Notes: generated by a model from the letters alone, not told the origin. 64,000 nucleotides of DNA from an uncultured Planctomycetota bacterium (GCA_963752285.1 CAVVXN010000001.1:96001-160000), one strand, 5' to 3'; shown: positions 36,269 to 46,841, numbered from the stretch's first letter. A program made the numbers and translations.

Positions 36269-37255
36269 GTGCAGAAGATTCGACTGGGAGCGGGCGGTCC
36301 CGAGATCCCCGTGCTGGGCCTGGGTTGCATGGGGATGAGCGAGTTCTACGGCGCCCCGGACGCCGAACGAGCCGTCGCCACGATCCAACACGCGCTGGAC
36401 CTCGGCTGCACGTTCTTCGACACGTCCGACATGTACGGCCGCGGGGAGAACGAGAAGCTCTTGTGCCGCGCCCTCGGGAACCGGCGCGACGAGGCCGTGA
36501 TCGCCACGAAGTTCGGGGTCCGCCGTTCCGCGGATGGCGGGTTCTCGGGCGTCAGCGGGAGCCCCGAGTACGTGCGCCAGGCCTGCGACGGTTCGCTCGC
36601 ACGCCTCGGCACCGACGTGATCGACCTCTACTACCAGCACCGTGTCGATCCCGACGTGCCGATCGAGGACACCGTGGGGGCGATGGCCGAGCTCGTCCGC
36701 GCGGGCAAGGTCCGTCGCCTCGGCCTCTCGGAGGCGGCACCGGACACGATCCGCCGGGCGCACGCCGTGCATCCCATCTCGGCGCTCCAGACCGAGTACT
36801 CGCTCTGGTCCCGCGAGCCCGAGGAGGAGCTCCTGGCCCTCACGAAGGAGCTCGGCATCACGTTCGTGAGCTACAGCCCGCTTGGACGGGGCTTCCTCGC
36901 GGGACGGTTCCACCGCCCCACCGACCTCGACGAGGGCGACGCCCGCCGGCACTTCCCGCGCTTCCAGGCCGGGAACTTCGAGGAGAACCTGAAGATCGCG
37001 GACGCCGTGACGGCGGTCGCGTCCGCGAAGGGCAGGACGCCGGCCCAAGTCGCGCTCGCCTGGGTACTCGGCGGGTCCGACCACGTGGCCGCGATCCCCG
37101 GGACGACCCGGGTCGCACGTATCGAGGAGAACGTCGCCGCGGCCGACCTCGTGCTCACGCCCGCCGAGCGAGAGCAGCTCGAGCGCGCGGCGCCTCCGGG
37201 TCGGGCCGCGGGGACGCGGTATCCCGAGCGCGGGATGCGTACGGTGCACCGGTGA
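36269..37255 (+). CDS. Aldo/keto reductase
   Basis: [54 protein letters not shown]. Confidence 0.96.
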   Translation: MQKIRLGAGGPEIPVLGLGCMGMSEFYGAPDAERAVATIQHALDLGCTFFDTSDMYGRGENEKLLCRALGNRRDEAVIATKFGVRRSADGGFSGVSGSPEYVRQACDGSLARLGTDVIDLYYQHRVDPDVPIEDTVGAMAELVRAGKVRRLGLSEAAPDTIRRAHAVHPISALQTEYSLWSREPEEELLALTKELGITFVSYSPLGRGFLAGRFHRPTDLDEGDARRHFPRFQAGNFEENLKIADAVTAVASAKGRTPAQVALAWVLGGSDHVAAIPGTTRVARIEENVAAADLVLTPAEREQLERAAPPGRAAGTRYPERGMRTVHR

Positions 37256-37629
37256 CCGGCGCCGCGAACGAGTCGGCGCGGGCCAACCTCGACCGACGCG
37301 GCCGCTGGCTCCGCCTGGGAGCCGGCGTGCTGCTGCTCCCGGCGGTCGCGGGGACGTTCCTCTGGATGGTGGACCGCCACGTGGACCGGGTCGCGCGCCT
37401 CGCGCTCTTCGTGCCGCTCGTCGTCGCGTCGCTCTGCCTGGCGCAGGCGTCCGCCTCGACCTGAGTGGCCCTCGCGCGGCGCGGTCGGCGCGTGGTGGAC
37501 GGCGAGGAGTGTGTGGTCGGGGACGCGGCCGTCGCCGCGGCCCTCCGCGCCCGCGCGGCGCGGATCTGGACCGGATCGCTCCTCGCGGCGGCCGCCGTGA
37601 CGATCGCGCTCCTGCTCGCGCCGGCCTGA
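37252..37629 (+). CDS. Small membrane protein with in-frame TGA at codon 71 (candidate selenoprotein)
   Basis: GTG start overlaps the AKR stop. After TGA 37462-37464 the frame continues 54 codons with GC3-rich codons and a TM helix, ending at TGA 37627-37629 just before the convergent sodC stop. Confidence 0.75.
37465..37507 (+). promoter_or_regulatory. SECIS-like hairpin
   Basis: Upper stem GCGC(37479-82)/GCGC(37488-91) with loop GGTCG; outer pairing CCTCGC(37470-75)/GCGAGG(37502-07). Confidence 0.6.
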
Positions 37630-37633
37630 GGCG

Positions 37634-38260
37634 CTACTCGCTCCGCTTGTTCTCGACCTGCTGGATCACGCCGCAGGCGACGCGCGCGCCCGCGTTGCCG
37701 CTCGGCTGGGTCTTCAGGTCGTCCTCGCCCGCGTGGACGATCACCGCCTTGCCGATGATGGAGTCGGGTCCGTCGAGGCGCATGACCGGGTCGCGCCAGA
37801 CGAGGGTCGCCTTGCCGTCGGCGTCCGCCTCGACGTTCCCCAGGTCACCGACGTGACGGTCCGCCGACGTGCGCGCGCCGTGCTGCTTGTTCGTGGGGTT
37901 GAAGTGGCCGCCCGCGCTCGAGCCGTCCGGCGCGGAGCAGTCGCCCTTCTCGTGGACGTGGAAGCCGTGCTTCCCGGGCGTGAGTCCCGTGATCTCGGCG
38001 CGAACCACCACGACGTCCTTCTCCTGGGAGAAGGTGACGGTGCCCTTTACGTGGTTCCCCTCCGTCGGCTCCAGGTCCGCCGTCGCCTGGAGGCCGGAGG
38101 CCGAGGGGCTCGGCATCGCCTCGGACGGCGACGAGGGCGTCTCGCGCGAGGAGGCCTCGTTTCCGGCGGGCTCGTTCGCATGGTCGGCCGTGTCGGTCCG
38201 ACCGCAGGCGATCAGGCTCGCGAAGAGGACCACCGGCAGGATCGTTCGTGCACATCGCAT
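37634..38260 (-). CDS. sodC: Cu/Zn superoxide dismutase, lipoprotein
   Basis: LIAC lipobox; HGFHVH, SAGGHFNP, HVGDLGN, IVHAGEDD, GNAGARVACG. Confidence 0.96.
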   Translation of the reverse strand: MRCARTILPVVLFASLIACGRTDTADHANEPAGNEASSRETPSSPSEAMPSPSASGLQATADLEPTEGNHVKGTVTFSQEKDVVVVRAEITGLTPGKHGFHVHEKGDCSAPDGSSAGGHFNPTNKQHGARTSADRHVGDLGNVEADADGKATLVWRDPVMRLDGPDSIIGKAVIVHAGEDDLKTQPSGNAGARVACGVIQQVENKRSE

Positions 38261-38637
38261 GGCGCATCGCTCCACATCGTGGGTTCGAAGCCTCCCGGTC
38301 CTGCAAGGCGGGGACCAGCCGGAGCCCGCGACATCCGGGCCCAACCACCGGTCGCGCCGCCCGAATCGGAAGTCCCGCGCCGATCCGCTCGGCTCGCCAG
38401 CCCCGGTTCCGCTCCGCGACGTCCCGGCGTCCGTCGTCGCGCACGGGCAGGTCGGCCGGACGGGGACGTCGTCGGGGTTCTGTGCGGGGGTCGGTTCGCC
38501 GGGCGTCTCCGTCGCCGGGAGGACGCCGTCGTCGTCCGGCAGGCAGTCCACGGGACCGCGCGCGCCCTCCAGACCGACGGCCGGGCCCCCCCTTCGCCGC
38601 GGCCGGTAGGATGCGGAGGCTCGAGCGAGAGGAAGAC

Positions 38638-40101
38638 ATGGGGCGGCTGTGGATCGCGGTCCTCCTGGTGGTCGTAGCGCGCCTCGCCCCCGAGATCGGG
38701 CGGCGCGGCATGCACTTCGACGGCCTCGTGTACGCGGCCGTCTCCCGGAACCTCGCCCACGGCGAGGGGACGGCCTGGGCGCCGCGCGCGAGCGAGACGA
38801 TCTTCAATCCCTTCTACGAGCACCCTCCGCTCTTCTTCTGGCTGGAGTCGGTCCCGTTTCACTGGAGCGACTCGGAGTGGGTCGAGAAGTGCTTCTCGCT
38901 CGCGACGCTCCTGGGCGCGCTCGGGCTGACGTTCCTCCTGATCGACCTCCTCGCGCCGGTGGACCGCGCGACGGCGATCCCGCTGAAGGGCCTCGCGGCG
39001 GTCCCGTGGATCGCCTCGGGACTCACGGCCTGGGTGTACGCGAACAACGTCCTCGAGACGCTGCTCACCCTGTTCGCCCTGGGCGCCGTGATCGCCTTCG
39101 TGGCGGGCGAGCGCACGTCGTCGCGTCCCGCCGCCCTCGCGTGGGGCGCCCTGGGCGCGGTCCTCGTCGCCGCCGCGGTCCTGACGAAGGGGCCGACCGG
39201 CCTCTTCCCCGTCGCCGCGCCGTTCCTCTACGTCCTCGCGACGCGTCCGCGCGCGTGGGCCGCCGGTCTTCGCTCGTCGGTGCTCGCCACGCTCGCGTGC
39301 GGGTCGCTCCTCGGCGGGGTCTGGCTGTCGGTCGGCGCCGCGCGCGACTTCGCGTCGCACTACTGGGCGCAGCAGATCGTCGCCACGGTCTCCGGCGCGC
39401 GGGGCGTGGACCGCACGGGCGCGTCCCTCGTCGTGCTGGCCCGGGCCCTCTTCCACGCACTCTGGCCGGTTGGGGTGCCTTTCGGCGTCGTCCTCCTTCT
39501 CCGGTGGCGCGCGCGCGCGCGGCGCGCCTTCGACCGCGGGCTCGCCCGCGCGGGGGCGTTCCTCCTCCTGGTGGGACTCTCCGCCTCGCTCCCGCTCGCG
39601 ATCACGCCGATCGTGCGCGGTCACTACCTCGCGCCGTCCACGCCCTTCTACGCGGCGGGCTTCGCGTGCCTCGGCGTCGCCGCGTGGCCGTTCGAGGGTC
39701 TCTCCGCCTTCCTCCACCGCCTCGTCGTCCGCGCCGCGGCCGTCGCCCTCGTCGTCGCGGTCGCCGTGGGCTTCGCCGTTCTCTTCCGGGACGGCCCCCA
39801 TCCCGTTCGCGACCGCGCGTCGCAGGAGATGCTCGACGTGTGCGCGCGCGAGGGCCTTCGGGAGGAGCGCCTCGACATGTCGCCGGCGCTCGACCGCGCG
39901 TGGTCGCTCCACGCGTACCTCGAGCGGCACCTCGGACTCAGCATGGTCGAGACGGCCCGTCCGACCGGCGCGTACTACCTCGTCCCGTCCGAGCAGGTCC
40001 GCGCGCTGCCCGACGCGTACCAGGTGCCCGACGAGAACCGCACGTCGCGCTACGCCCTGGCCGTTCGCGCTGGTGGGGCCGGACCGCACGGGGCCCGCTG
40101 A
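38638..40101 (+). CDS. ArnT/PMT-like (GT-C) membrane glycosyltransferase
   Basis: DGLVYAAVSRNLA, FYEHPPLFFW, LTKGP; many TM helices. Confidence 0.85.
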   Translation: MGRLWIAVLLVVVARLAPEIGRRGMHFDGLVYAAVSRNLAHGEGTAWAPRASETIFNPFYEHPPLFFWLESVPFHWSDSEWVEKCFSLATLLGALGLTFLLIDLLAPVDRATAIPLKGLAAVPWIASGLTAWVYANNVLETLLTLFALGAVIAFVAGERTSSRPAALAWGALGAVLVAAAVLTKGPTGLFPVAAPFLYVLATRPRAWAAGLRSSVLATLACGSLLGGVWLSVGAARDFASHYWAQQIVATVSGARGVDRTGASLVVLARALFHALWPVGVPFGVVLLLRWRARARRAFDRGLARAGAFLLLVGLSASLPLAITPIVRGHYLAPSTPFYAAGFACLGVAAWPFEGLSAFLHRLVVRAAAVALVVAVAVGFAVLFRDGPHPVRDRASQEMLDVCAREGLREERLDMSPALDRAWSLHAYLERHLGLSMVETARPTGAYYLVPSEQVRALPDAYQVPDENRTSRYALAVRAGGAGPHGAR

Positions 40102-40271
40102 GGGGCCGGACCGTCGCAGGGCGGCGACCGGCGCCCCGCGCCCTCCTCGGTCGGGACGCCGCCGCCCGCGCCCACGCGATCTCCCTATCCTGTGCGCGGG
40201 GCGGGCGCGGGTCGGGGCGGACGACGAGGTGCGCTTTGGACCACCGTTCCCTCCGGCACCGGGTCGCCCCC

Positions 40272-41432
40272 GTGCCGCTCCGTGTCGCGGGCGTCGTCCT
40301 GGGCTTCGTCCTCGCCGTCCTCGTGAGCGTAGACGCTCCGGCGCGCGGCGCCCCCCCCGAAGCTCCTTCCGGCCCCGCCCCCGCCGAGGTCCGGCGCGCG
40401 CTCGACCGCGGGGCCGACTGGCTCCGCCGGGCGTACGCGGGCGGGTTCCCCGAGTCGTCCTGGCACGACCCGGTCGAGCTCGTCGTCCTCACGCTCCACC
40501 ACGCCGGGGCCGACCGCTCCGACGCCGTGCTCCGCGCGGGGCTGGAACGGCTCGCGTCGGAGGCGCCGCGGTACACGTACCGCGCCTCCGTGCTCGCGAT
40601 GGCGCTGGCCGAGGTCAACCCGCGCCTCTATCTCCCCCAGATCGCACGGGCCGCGCAGTGGTTGGTGGACACGCAGCTCCCCGGCGGCGACTGGGGCTAC
40701 CCCGGCGTCATGTCGGGTCCGGACCGCCAGCCCGTTCCGGTGACCGTGACGCCTCCGACCCTGCCCGGCTCCGCGGAGGGGCCGCCTCCCGAGAAGGTCG
40801 TGATCGAGCGGCGGGCGTCGCCCGAGGGCATGCCGGGCGCGAAGGGCGACTTCTCGAACACGCAGTTCGCGATCCTCGGCCTCCGGGCCTGCCGGGACGC
40901 CGGCGTCGAGATCCCGGCCGAGACGTGGAGGTCGGCGCTCGCGTACCTCGCCAAGCGTCAGAGGAAGGGCGGCGGCTGGGGGTACGACCAGGGCGACCAG
41001 CCGGACCGGACGGCGTACGCGTCGCTCACGGCGGCCGGCCTCTCGAGCGCGGCGATCTGCGTGAACGCGCTCGGAAAGCGACCGGACGACGACCCCGTGG
41101 TCCGACGGGCAGAGCGCTGGATGGACCAGCACGAGGAGGTGGGGAAGAACGTCGCGATCGACCAAAGCTCCGTGATCGGCCCGAGCTCGTGGCAGTACTA
41201 CCACCTCTATTCCGTGGAGCGCGTCGGGGCCGTCCTGCGGCTCGACCGGATCGGCGGCGAGGACTGGTACGCCGCCGGCGCGCGTCGGGTCCTCGCGGAG
41301 CAGGGTGCCGACGGGTCGTGGAAGGACCCGAGCCCCGACGAGATGGGACCCCGCCCGCGCTACCTCGACGTGGCCGACACCTGCTTCGCGATGCTCTTCC
41401 TGGCGCGCCGGACGCCGCCCCTGACCCGTTGA
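40272..41432 (+). CDS. Secreted prenyltransferase/squalene-cyclase repeat protein
   Basis: QLPGGDWGY, DFSNTQFAILGL, QRKGGGWGY, YYHLYSVERVG, QGADGSW, TCFAMLFL; start uncertain. Confidence 0.85.
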   Translation: MPLRVAGVVLGFVLAVLVSVDAPARGAPPEAPSGPAPAEVRRALDRGADWLRRAYAGGFPESSWHDPVELVVLTLHHAGADRSDAVLRAGLERLASEAPRYTYRASVLAMALAEVNPRLYLPQIARAAQWLVDTQLPGGDWGYPGVMSGPDRQPVPVTVTPPTLPGSAEGPPPEKVVIERRASPEGMPGAKGDFSNTQFAILGLRACRDAGVEIPAETWRSALAYLAKRQRKGGGWGYDQGDQPDRTAYASLTAAGLSSAAICVNALGKRPDDDPVVRRAERWMDQHEEVGKNVAIDQSSVIGPSSWQYYHLYSVERVGAVLRLDRIGGEDWYAAGARRVLAEQGADGSWKDPSPDEMGPRPRYLDVADTCFAMLFLARRTPPLTR

Positions 41433-41499
41433 GATCGCACGCCGGTGGCCCGGCACGCCCCCTGCGGAGGGCCGACGCCGGGGCGCGAAAGGACCGGAA

Positions 41500-44229
41500 G
41501 TGACTCGCCCGCATACCACCCCGTTCCTCTTCCTCCTCGTCCTCGCGCTCGGCTCGCGCGTCGGGCGGGCGGACGAGTACGAGGACCGGACGAAGCCCGG
41601 GCACTGCGCGTGCGCGAAGGGGAACGCCACGTGGGAGTACCTGCGGTCCCCCCTCCCCCGGCCGGAGGACCCCGTCCGGTGCGGTCTCCTCCTCTCGGGA
41701 GGCAGCTGCGCGAACGAGCCCCGCCCCGCCGGGACGAGCGCCGCCTGCTGGGGCAGCCAGAAGGTCGAGTGCTTCTGGCGGCGCCACGCCTGGTCGTGGC
41801 ACATCCGCTGCAGCCGGTGCCTGGCCGAGGACGCGTGCGACGCGTGCGACGACCTGCCCGGCGCCCAGGACCCCGAGGCGCGCGCGGTCGTGGCGAAGCG
41901 CGTGGCGGCCGAGTCGGCGAGCATGGACCCCGACATCGTGGTCGCGATCTCGCCGCACTTCTACGTGGTGACGAACGTCCAGAAGCTCAAGCTCCGCAAC
42001 TTCCGGGGCGGGTACGGCTACGCCGACGCCCACGAGGTCGCGCACCTCTACGCGCAGCGCGCGGAGCAGGCGTACGACGACTTCGTGCACGGGTTCGGGC
42101 CGGAGGTGGTCCTCCCCAAACCGATGGCCGTCTACGTGGTCTCGCGGAAACGCGACGCGAACCGCGTCAGCGAGCGTTACTTCGGCGACCACGAGACGCG
42201 CATGAACTACGCGTTCAACTACACGGCCCGCATCGCCGACGGCTTCTGCGGGAACGGTTGCGTCGTCTCCGAGGAGGAGAACCGCGACGACAACGGCATG
42301 CACGGGTTCCTCCGACACCAGATCGGGCACATCCTCTTCTCGTGCTGGCGCATCACGAACGGCTTCGAGGACCACTGCCCGCGGTGGGCGTGGGTCGGAG
42401 CGGCGCACTTCCTGGAGAAGCTTCTGCCCATCCACGAGGACTACGCGACCTTCTGCGCGGGCGAGAGCCGGGTGGGCGAAGGACCGCGAAAGCGCTGGCC
42501 GAAGCGCGTGCGGGACATGGCCGCGCGCGAGATGGAACCCATCGAGACCTTCTTCAACAAGAACTCGCTGAGCGACCTCGCCTACCCCGACCACCTGCGT
42601 GCGTGGTCCGTCATGGACCTGATGCTCCGGGAAGACCGCGGCCCCTGGCTCCGGCTGCTCGCGAAGCTCCGCGACGGCGAGAACGAGGCGCCCGCATTCC
42701 GAGAGGTGCTCGGGCTCTCGCCCGAGGCGTTCCAGGAGCGATGGGTGGAGCGCGTGCTCGGGAAGCGCAAGAGCATGGCGGCGGAGCCGCCGGCGAGCGG
42801 GTCCGCCGAGGCGCCGCCGAGCCCCGATCTCGACCGGCTCACCGAGCCCGGGGACCCGACGGTCCTGGCCGGGCGGATCCGCGGCCTCGACGTCGTGGCC
42901 GACCCGAAGACCGCCGCGGCCCTCCTGCCCGACCTCGCGTCCGACTCGGATCTGGTCCGCGAGACGACGCATCTCGTGCTGCTGAAGACGACGTCCCCCG
43001 AGGTGATGGCGTACCTGCGGACGGAGGGGCTCGGCCACGCCCGACCGCTCGTCCGCGCCGGCGTGGCCCGGGTGCTCGGCGCGCTCGCCGACCGGGCGGC
43101 CCGCGGACGCCTGGAGGCGCTCCTCGACGACCGCGGCTGGCTCGTGCGCGCGAACGCGGCGTGGGCGCTGTCGAAGATCCACGATCCCGACTCGCGTCCC
43201 GTCCTGGAACGGCACCTGGAGGACGGCAACGACAAGGCGTGGATCTCGATCGCGGACGCGTGTGCGTCGTTCGTCGGCCGCTCCAAGGAGGCGACGCGCC
43301 TCCTCGCCGGCCGGCTCGACGACCCGGCTTGGCAGGTCCGTCTGACCGCCGTCGTGGCGCTCCGGAAGATCGGCACGGAGGACGGCCTCGACGCGCTCGT
43401 CCGACGGTTCCAGGAGGAGGACGGCCGCCTCGCCCGCGAGCTCCATGCGACGCTCGCGGTGATCGCGCGGGACGACCTCGGCCCGAACCCCGAGTCGTGG
43501 CGTTGGTGGTGGAAGCACCAGAAGGAGACGTACGGAGGGCTCCCGCCCGACCTGCCGGCGATGCCCACGAACCCCGCGGACGAGAGGTACGGGCTCCCGA
43601 AGGACGCTCCGCCCGACGAGCCGCACTACTACGGACGGCGGTTCTTCTCGCGAAGCGTGTGCTACGTCCTCGATACCAGCGCCTCGATGAAGTACACGAT
43701 GAACATCGTCGCGGACCAGGCGAAGGAGCTGGGGAAGATCCCGACGACCGGATCGCGCATGGAGATCGCGACGAGCGCGCTCGTGGACTCGCTCGAGCAC
43801 CTCGATCCGCGCACGCGGGTCCGCCTCGTCTTCTTCTCGACCGGGGTGACGCTGCGGCGCCCCGACCTCTTCGTGGCGTCGTCGGGCAACGTCGCGGCCG
43901 CGGTCTCCGACATCCACCGGATCCGGCCCGACGGCGAGACGAACTTCCACGGGGCCCTGAAGGCGGCGCTGGGGACGTACGGGGCGCCCTCCCTCGGACC
44001 CGATCTCGCGCCGAGTCCGGACACGGTGTTCTTCCTGACCGACGGGCGGCCGACGCGGGGCGAGATCACGTCGATGCCGGAGCTCCTGTCCTGGCTCGAG
44101 TACGTGAACCGGTTCGCGAAGGTCCGGCTCCACGTGATCGCCCTGGGAGAGCTCAACGTGGACATCGACTCGCTCCGCGCGCTCGCGAAGGCCGGGGGTG
44201 GCGAGGTGATCTGGGTCCGGGAGCGCTGA
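41500..44229 (+). CDS. Secreted Cys-rich / peptidase-like / HEAT repeat / VWA protein
   Basis: Signal peptide; Cys-rich N-terminus; HEAT repeats (VRAGVARVLG, VRANAAWALS); MIDAS-like DTSAS..T..LTDG. Confidence 0.85.
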   Translation: MTRPHTTPFLFLLVLALGSRVGRADEYEDRTKPGHCACAKGNATWEYLRSPLPRPEDPVRCGLLLSGGSCANEPRPAGTSAACWGSQKVECFWRRHAWSWHIRCSRCLAEDACDACDDLPGAQDPEARAVVAKRVAAESASMDPDIVVAISPHFYVVTNVQKLKLRNFRGGYGYADAHEVAHLYAQRAEQAYDDFVHGFGPEVVLPKPMAVYVVSRKRDANRVSERYFGDHETRMNYAFNYTARIADGFCGNGCVVSEEENRDDNGMHGFLRHQIGHILFSCWRITNGFEDHCPRWAWVGAAHFLEKLLPIHEDYATFCAGESRVGEGPRKRWPKRVRDMAAREMEPIETFFNKNSLSDLAYPDHLRAWSVMDLMLREDRGPWLRLLAKLRDGENEAPAFREVLGLSPEAFQERWVERVLGKRKSMAAEPPASGSAEAPPSPDLDRLTEPGDPTVLAGRIRGLDVVADPKTAAALLPDLASDSDLVRETTHLVLLKTTSPEVMAYLRTEGLGHARPLVRAGVARVLGALADRAARGRLEALLDDRGWLVRANAAWALSKIHDPDSRPVLERHLEDGNDKAWISIADACASFVGRSKEATRLLAGRLDDPAWQVRLTAVVALRKIGTEDGLDALVRRFQEEDGRLARELHATLAVIARDDLGPNPESWRWWWKHQKETYGGLPPDLPAMPTNPADERYGLPKDAPPDEPHYYGRRFFSRSVCYVLDTSASMKYTMNIVADQAKELGKIPTTGSRMEIATSALVDSLEHLDPRTRVRLVFFSTGVTLRRPDLFVASSGNVAAAVSDIHRIRPDGETNFHGALKAALGTYGAPSLGPDLAPSPDTVFFLTDGRPTRGEITSMPELLSWLEYVNRFAKVRLHVIALGELNVDIDSLRALAKAGGGEVIWVRER

Positions 44230-44264
44230 CGGGCCGGCCCGGGCCGGGTGCGCGAGCCCGAGGA

Positions 44265-44648
44265 TCAGCGCTCGAAGAGCGCGAGAACGGCGCCGGCCGG
44301 GTCACGCACGACGCAGAACGTCTTCGCGCCCATCGGGCGCGGACCGTCGAGCACGGCGCCGCCCAGTTCCACGCAGCGCCGGGCGCGACCCGCGACGTCG
44401 TCCACGGCGACGTAGAGGAGCCAGTGCGGCGGCAGGTTCGCGTTCTCTCCGCGGGCGTGGCAGATGCCCGCGACGGTCCGGCCGGTCTCCGGCGAGACCA
44501 TCTCGAAGTCGGCGTACGCCCCCATGTCGTGCGGCTTGGACGTCCAGCCGACGACCCCCTCGTAGAACGCACGCACGGTGTCGGCGTCGGGGACCGTGAG
44601 GTCCTGCCAGACGATCGTGCCGGCGGCGGTCGGCTTCGCTTCGCTCAT
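44265..44648 (-). CDS. VOC/glyoxalase family protein
   Basis: [34 protein letters not shown]. Confidence 0.92.
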   Translation of the reverse strand: MSEAKPTAAGTIVWQDLTVPDADTVRAFYEGVVGWTSKPHDMGAYADFEMVSPETGRTVAGICHARGENANLPPHWLLYVAVDDVAGRARRCVELGGAVLDGPRPMGAKTFCVVRDPAGAVLALFER

Positions 44649-44784
44649 GTCACGTCTCCCGGCGTCGCGCCGCTCACCACAGAACGGGCTCTCGCGAGAG
44701 CGGCGAGACGCGCTCGTCGGGGCCAAGGATGCCCCGAGAGCCGAGCGGATCGCAAGCCGCGACATCGAGCCTCGGCCCCGGCGA

Positions 44785-45010
44785 CCGGCGCCCACCTCGC
44801 GGAGCAGGGTCACGGCCTCGGGCGAGGCGTCGTGCTCGCCGTCGAAGCCGGCGACGAAGCGCCCGCCACGGACATCGCCTCGAGGCTCGAGGAGACGCCG
44901 GGCGCGGCGAGGTCGCGCCACGGCACGGGGACTCGCACCCGCGAGACGGTCTTCCGGAACACGACGGCCGTGCGCCGGAGGAGCCCGCGCGCGACCGTCT
45001 CGGGCGCGGG
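44785..45010 (-). pseudogene. C-terminal fragment of an Lhr-family helicase
   Basis: [29 protein letters not shown](shift)[36 protein letters not shown] resembles the Lhr C-terminal motif ([20 protein letters not shown]). Confidence 0.7.
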
Positions 45011-45053
45011 CGGGCGAGCGTCCGGGCGGGCTCGGGGCGGGGTCGGGGCGAGG

Positions 45054-46841
45054 TCAGGGTGAGGTCGCCTGGAGCGCCCGGAGGTGCGACTGGATCTCCT
45101 CCGTCTGGAGGAACGACTGGTACGTGGGAGACCGCTGCGCGAGGTCCTCGTGCGTTCCCTGGTCCGCCGGTCGGCCGTCCTCGAGCACGATGACGCGGTC
45201 CGCCCGGCGGATCGTGGCGAGCCGGTGGGAGACCACGACCACCGTCACGCCGGGGAAGGCCTCCGCGAGGGCCGACCAGAAGCGATCCTCGTTGTCGGCG
45301 TCGAGCGAGGCGGTGCAGTCGTCGAGGAGGAGCAGGTCGGGACGTCCGAAGAGCGCCCGCGCGATGGCGATGCGCTGGCGTTGCCCGCCCGAGACGCGGG
45401 TGCCGCCGCGGCCGAGGCGCGTCGAGACCTCCGCCGGCATCGTCGCGAGGTCCGGCGTCATCTGCGCCACGTCGAGGCACCGGCGGAGCCAAACCTCGTC
45501 GCCCTCGCGCCCGAACGACACGTTCTCCGCGACGGTGTCGGAGAAGAGCTGGGCGTCCTGCGGCACGTAGCCGATCCGCGACCGGAGGGTCGGCCACGTC
45601 CAGGCGTCGAACGGCTGCCCGTTCACGAGGACCGCGCCCTCGGAGGGGGTGAGGAGCCCTGCGAGCGCGCGGACCAGCGTGGTCTTGCCCGAGCCCACCG
45701 CGCCGACGACGGCCACGCGCTCGCCCGCGCGCATCTCGATCGCGTCCACGCGGAGGGCGGGCGCACGGTCCCCGCCGTACGCGAGCGTCGCGCCCCGCAG
45801 CCCGACCGACTCGATGCGCGCCGGGCCTTCGCGCGTGCCGCGCCGTTCGACGACGGCCGGGTCGCGCAGCACTTCCTCTTCCCGGTCGATCGACACGAAC
45901 GCCTGCTTGGCCGTCACGAGCAGGTTCGGTAGGTCGATCATCGGGTGGATGAGCTGGTCGAGGTAGAGGTAGATCGCGTAGAGGGTGCCCAGGGTGAGCG
46001 TGCCGTCGAGGAAGCGGAGCCCGCCCAGAAGCACGACGAGTACCTGTCCGAAGCGACCGGCCGCCTCGTCGAGCTGGTGGATCAGCACGTTCAGCCGCGC
46101 GAGGCGGAGCTGGATCCGGATGCGCTCCTCGAGCACCTCGCCGAGCCGGTGCTCCTGCCCCGGAGCGGCGTTGAAGGCCTTGACGATCCGGATGCCGGAG
46201 AACGCGGACTCCAGCACGTCGTTCGTCCGCGCCACGGACTCCTGCTGCGCCTGGTACGTCTCGCCCATGGCGCGGCGCGCCATGTAGAAGACGTACAGCA
46301 TCACCGGGACCGGGAGGAGCGCGAGGAGGGTCAGGTTCACGTCGAGGAGGAGCATCGCGACGATGCAGAACGCGAACCGGGACATGGAGTCCACGAACCG
46401 GAACACCCCCGAGCAGGCGAACCACCCGATCCGGGGGTAGTCGGTGATGTCGTCGGTCAGACGGGTTACGAGATCGCCCGTGCGGAACCGGGAGAAGAAC
46501 GACGGGTCCTTCCGGAGGATCGACCCGAAGACCCGCGCGCGCACGGCCATCTCGATCCGCTGGTTCACCCAGGCGCGCACGCTCGGGTAGAACCCCGCGA
46601 GGACCCGGCCGAGGGCCACCGCCCCGAGCAGGAGCAGGATGCCCGGGAGACGCCCCGCGAGGACCTCGCGACCCGTGCCCATCGCGTCGAGCGCGCGCTG
46701 GAATACGAGGGGGTACGCGATCGTGACGGCGGTCGAGACCGTGGTGAGGCCGAACAGGAGAAGGAGGAAGCCGCGGTTCGGACGCCAGACGGCGCGCAGG
46801 AACGCGAGGTGGTCGCGAAGGGGGAGCGCGGGCGTGCTCAC
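45054..46841 (-). CDS. ABC exporter TMD-NBD half (degenerate Walker B)
   Basis: RTGDLVTRLTDD, GAVGSGKTT, VSGGQRQR, LLLLDDC; GTG start overlaps the upstream stop. Confidence 0.93.
   Translation of the reverse strand: MSTPALPLRDHLAFLRAVWRPNRGFLLLLFGLTTVSTAVTIAYPLVFQRALDAMGTGREVLAGRLPGILLLLGAVALGRVLAGFYPSVRAWVNQRIEMAVRARVFGSILRKDPSFFSRFRTGDLVTRLTDDITDYPRIGWFACSGVFRFVDSMSRFAFCIVAMLLLDVNLTLLALLPVPVMLYVFYMARRAMGETYQAQQESVARTNDVLESAFSGIRIVKAFNAAPGQEHRLGEVLEERIRIQLRLARLNVLIHQLDEAAGRFGQVLVVLLGGLRFLDGTLTLGTLYAIYLYLDQLIHPMIDLPNLLVTAKQAFVSIDREEEVLRDPAVVERRGTREGPARIESVGLRGATLAYGGDRAPALRVDAIEMRAGERVAVVGAVGSGKTTLVRALAGLLTPSEGAVLVNGQPFDAWTWPTLRSRIGYVPQDAQLFSDTVAENVSFGREGDEVWLRRCLDVAQMTPDLATMPAEVSTRLGRGGTRVSGGQRQRIAIARALFGRPDLLLLDDCTASLDADNEDRFWSALAEAFPGVTVVVVSHRLATIRRADRVIVLEDGRPADQGTHEDLAQRSPTYQSFLQTEEIQSHLRALQATSP

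Noticed and set aside
38261..38551. 97-aa N-terminal extension of SodC
   Set aside because: The lipoprotein signal begins at ATG 38260. The extension has no recognisable features.
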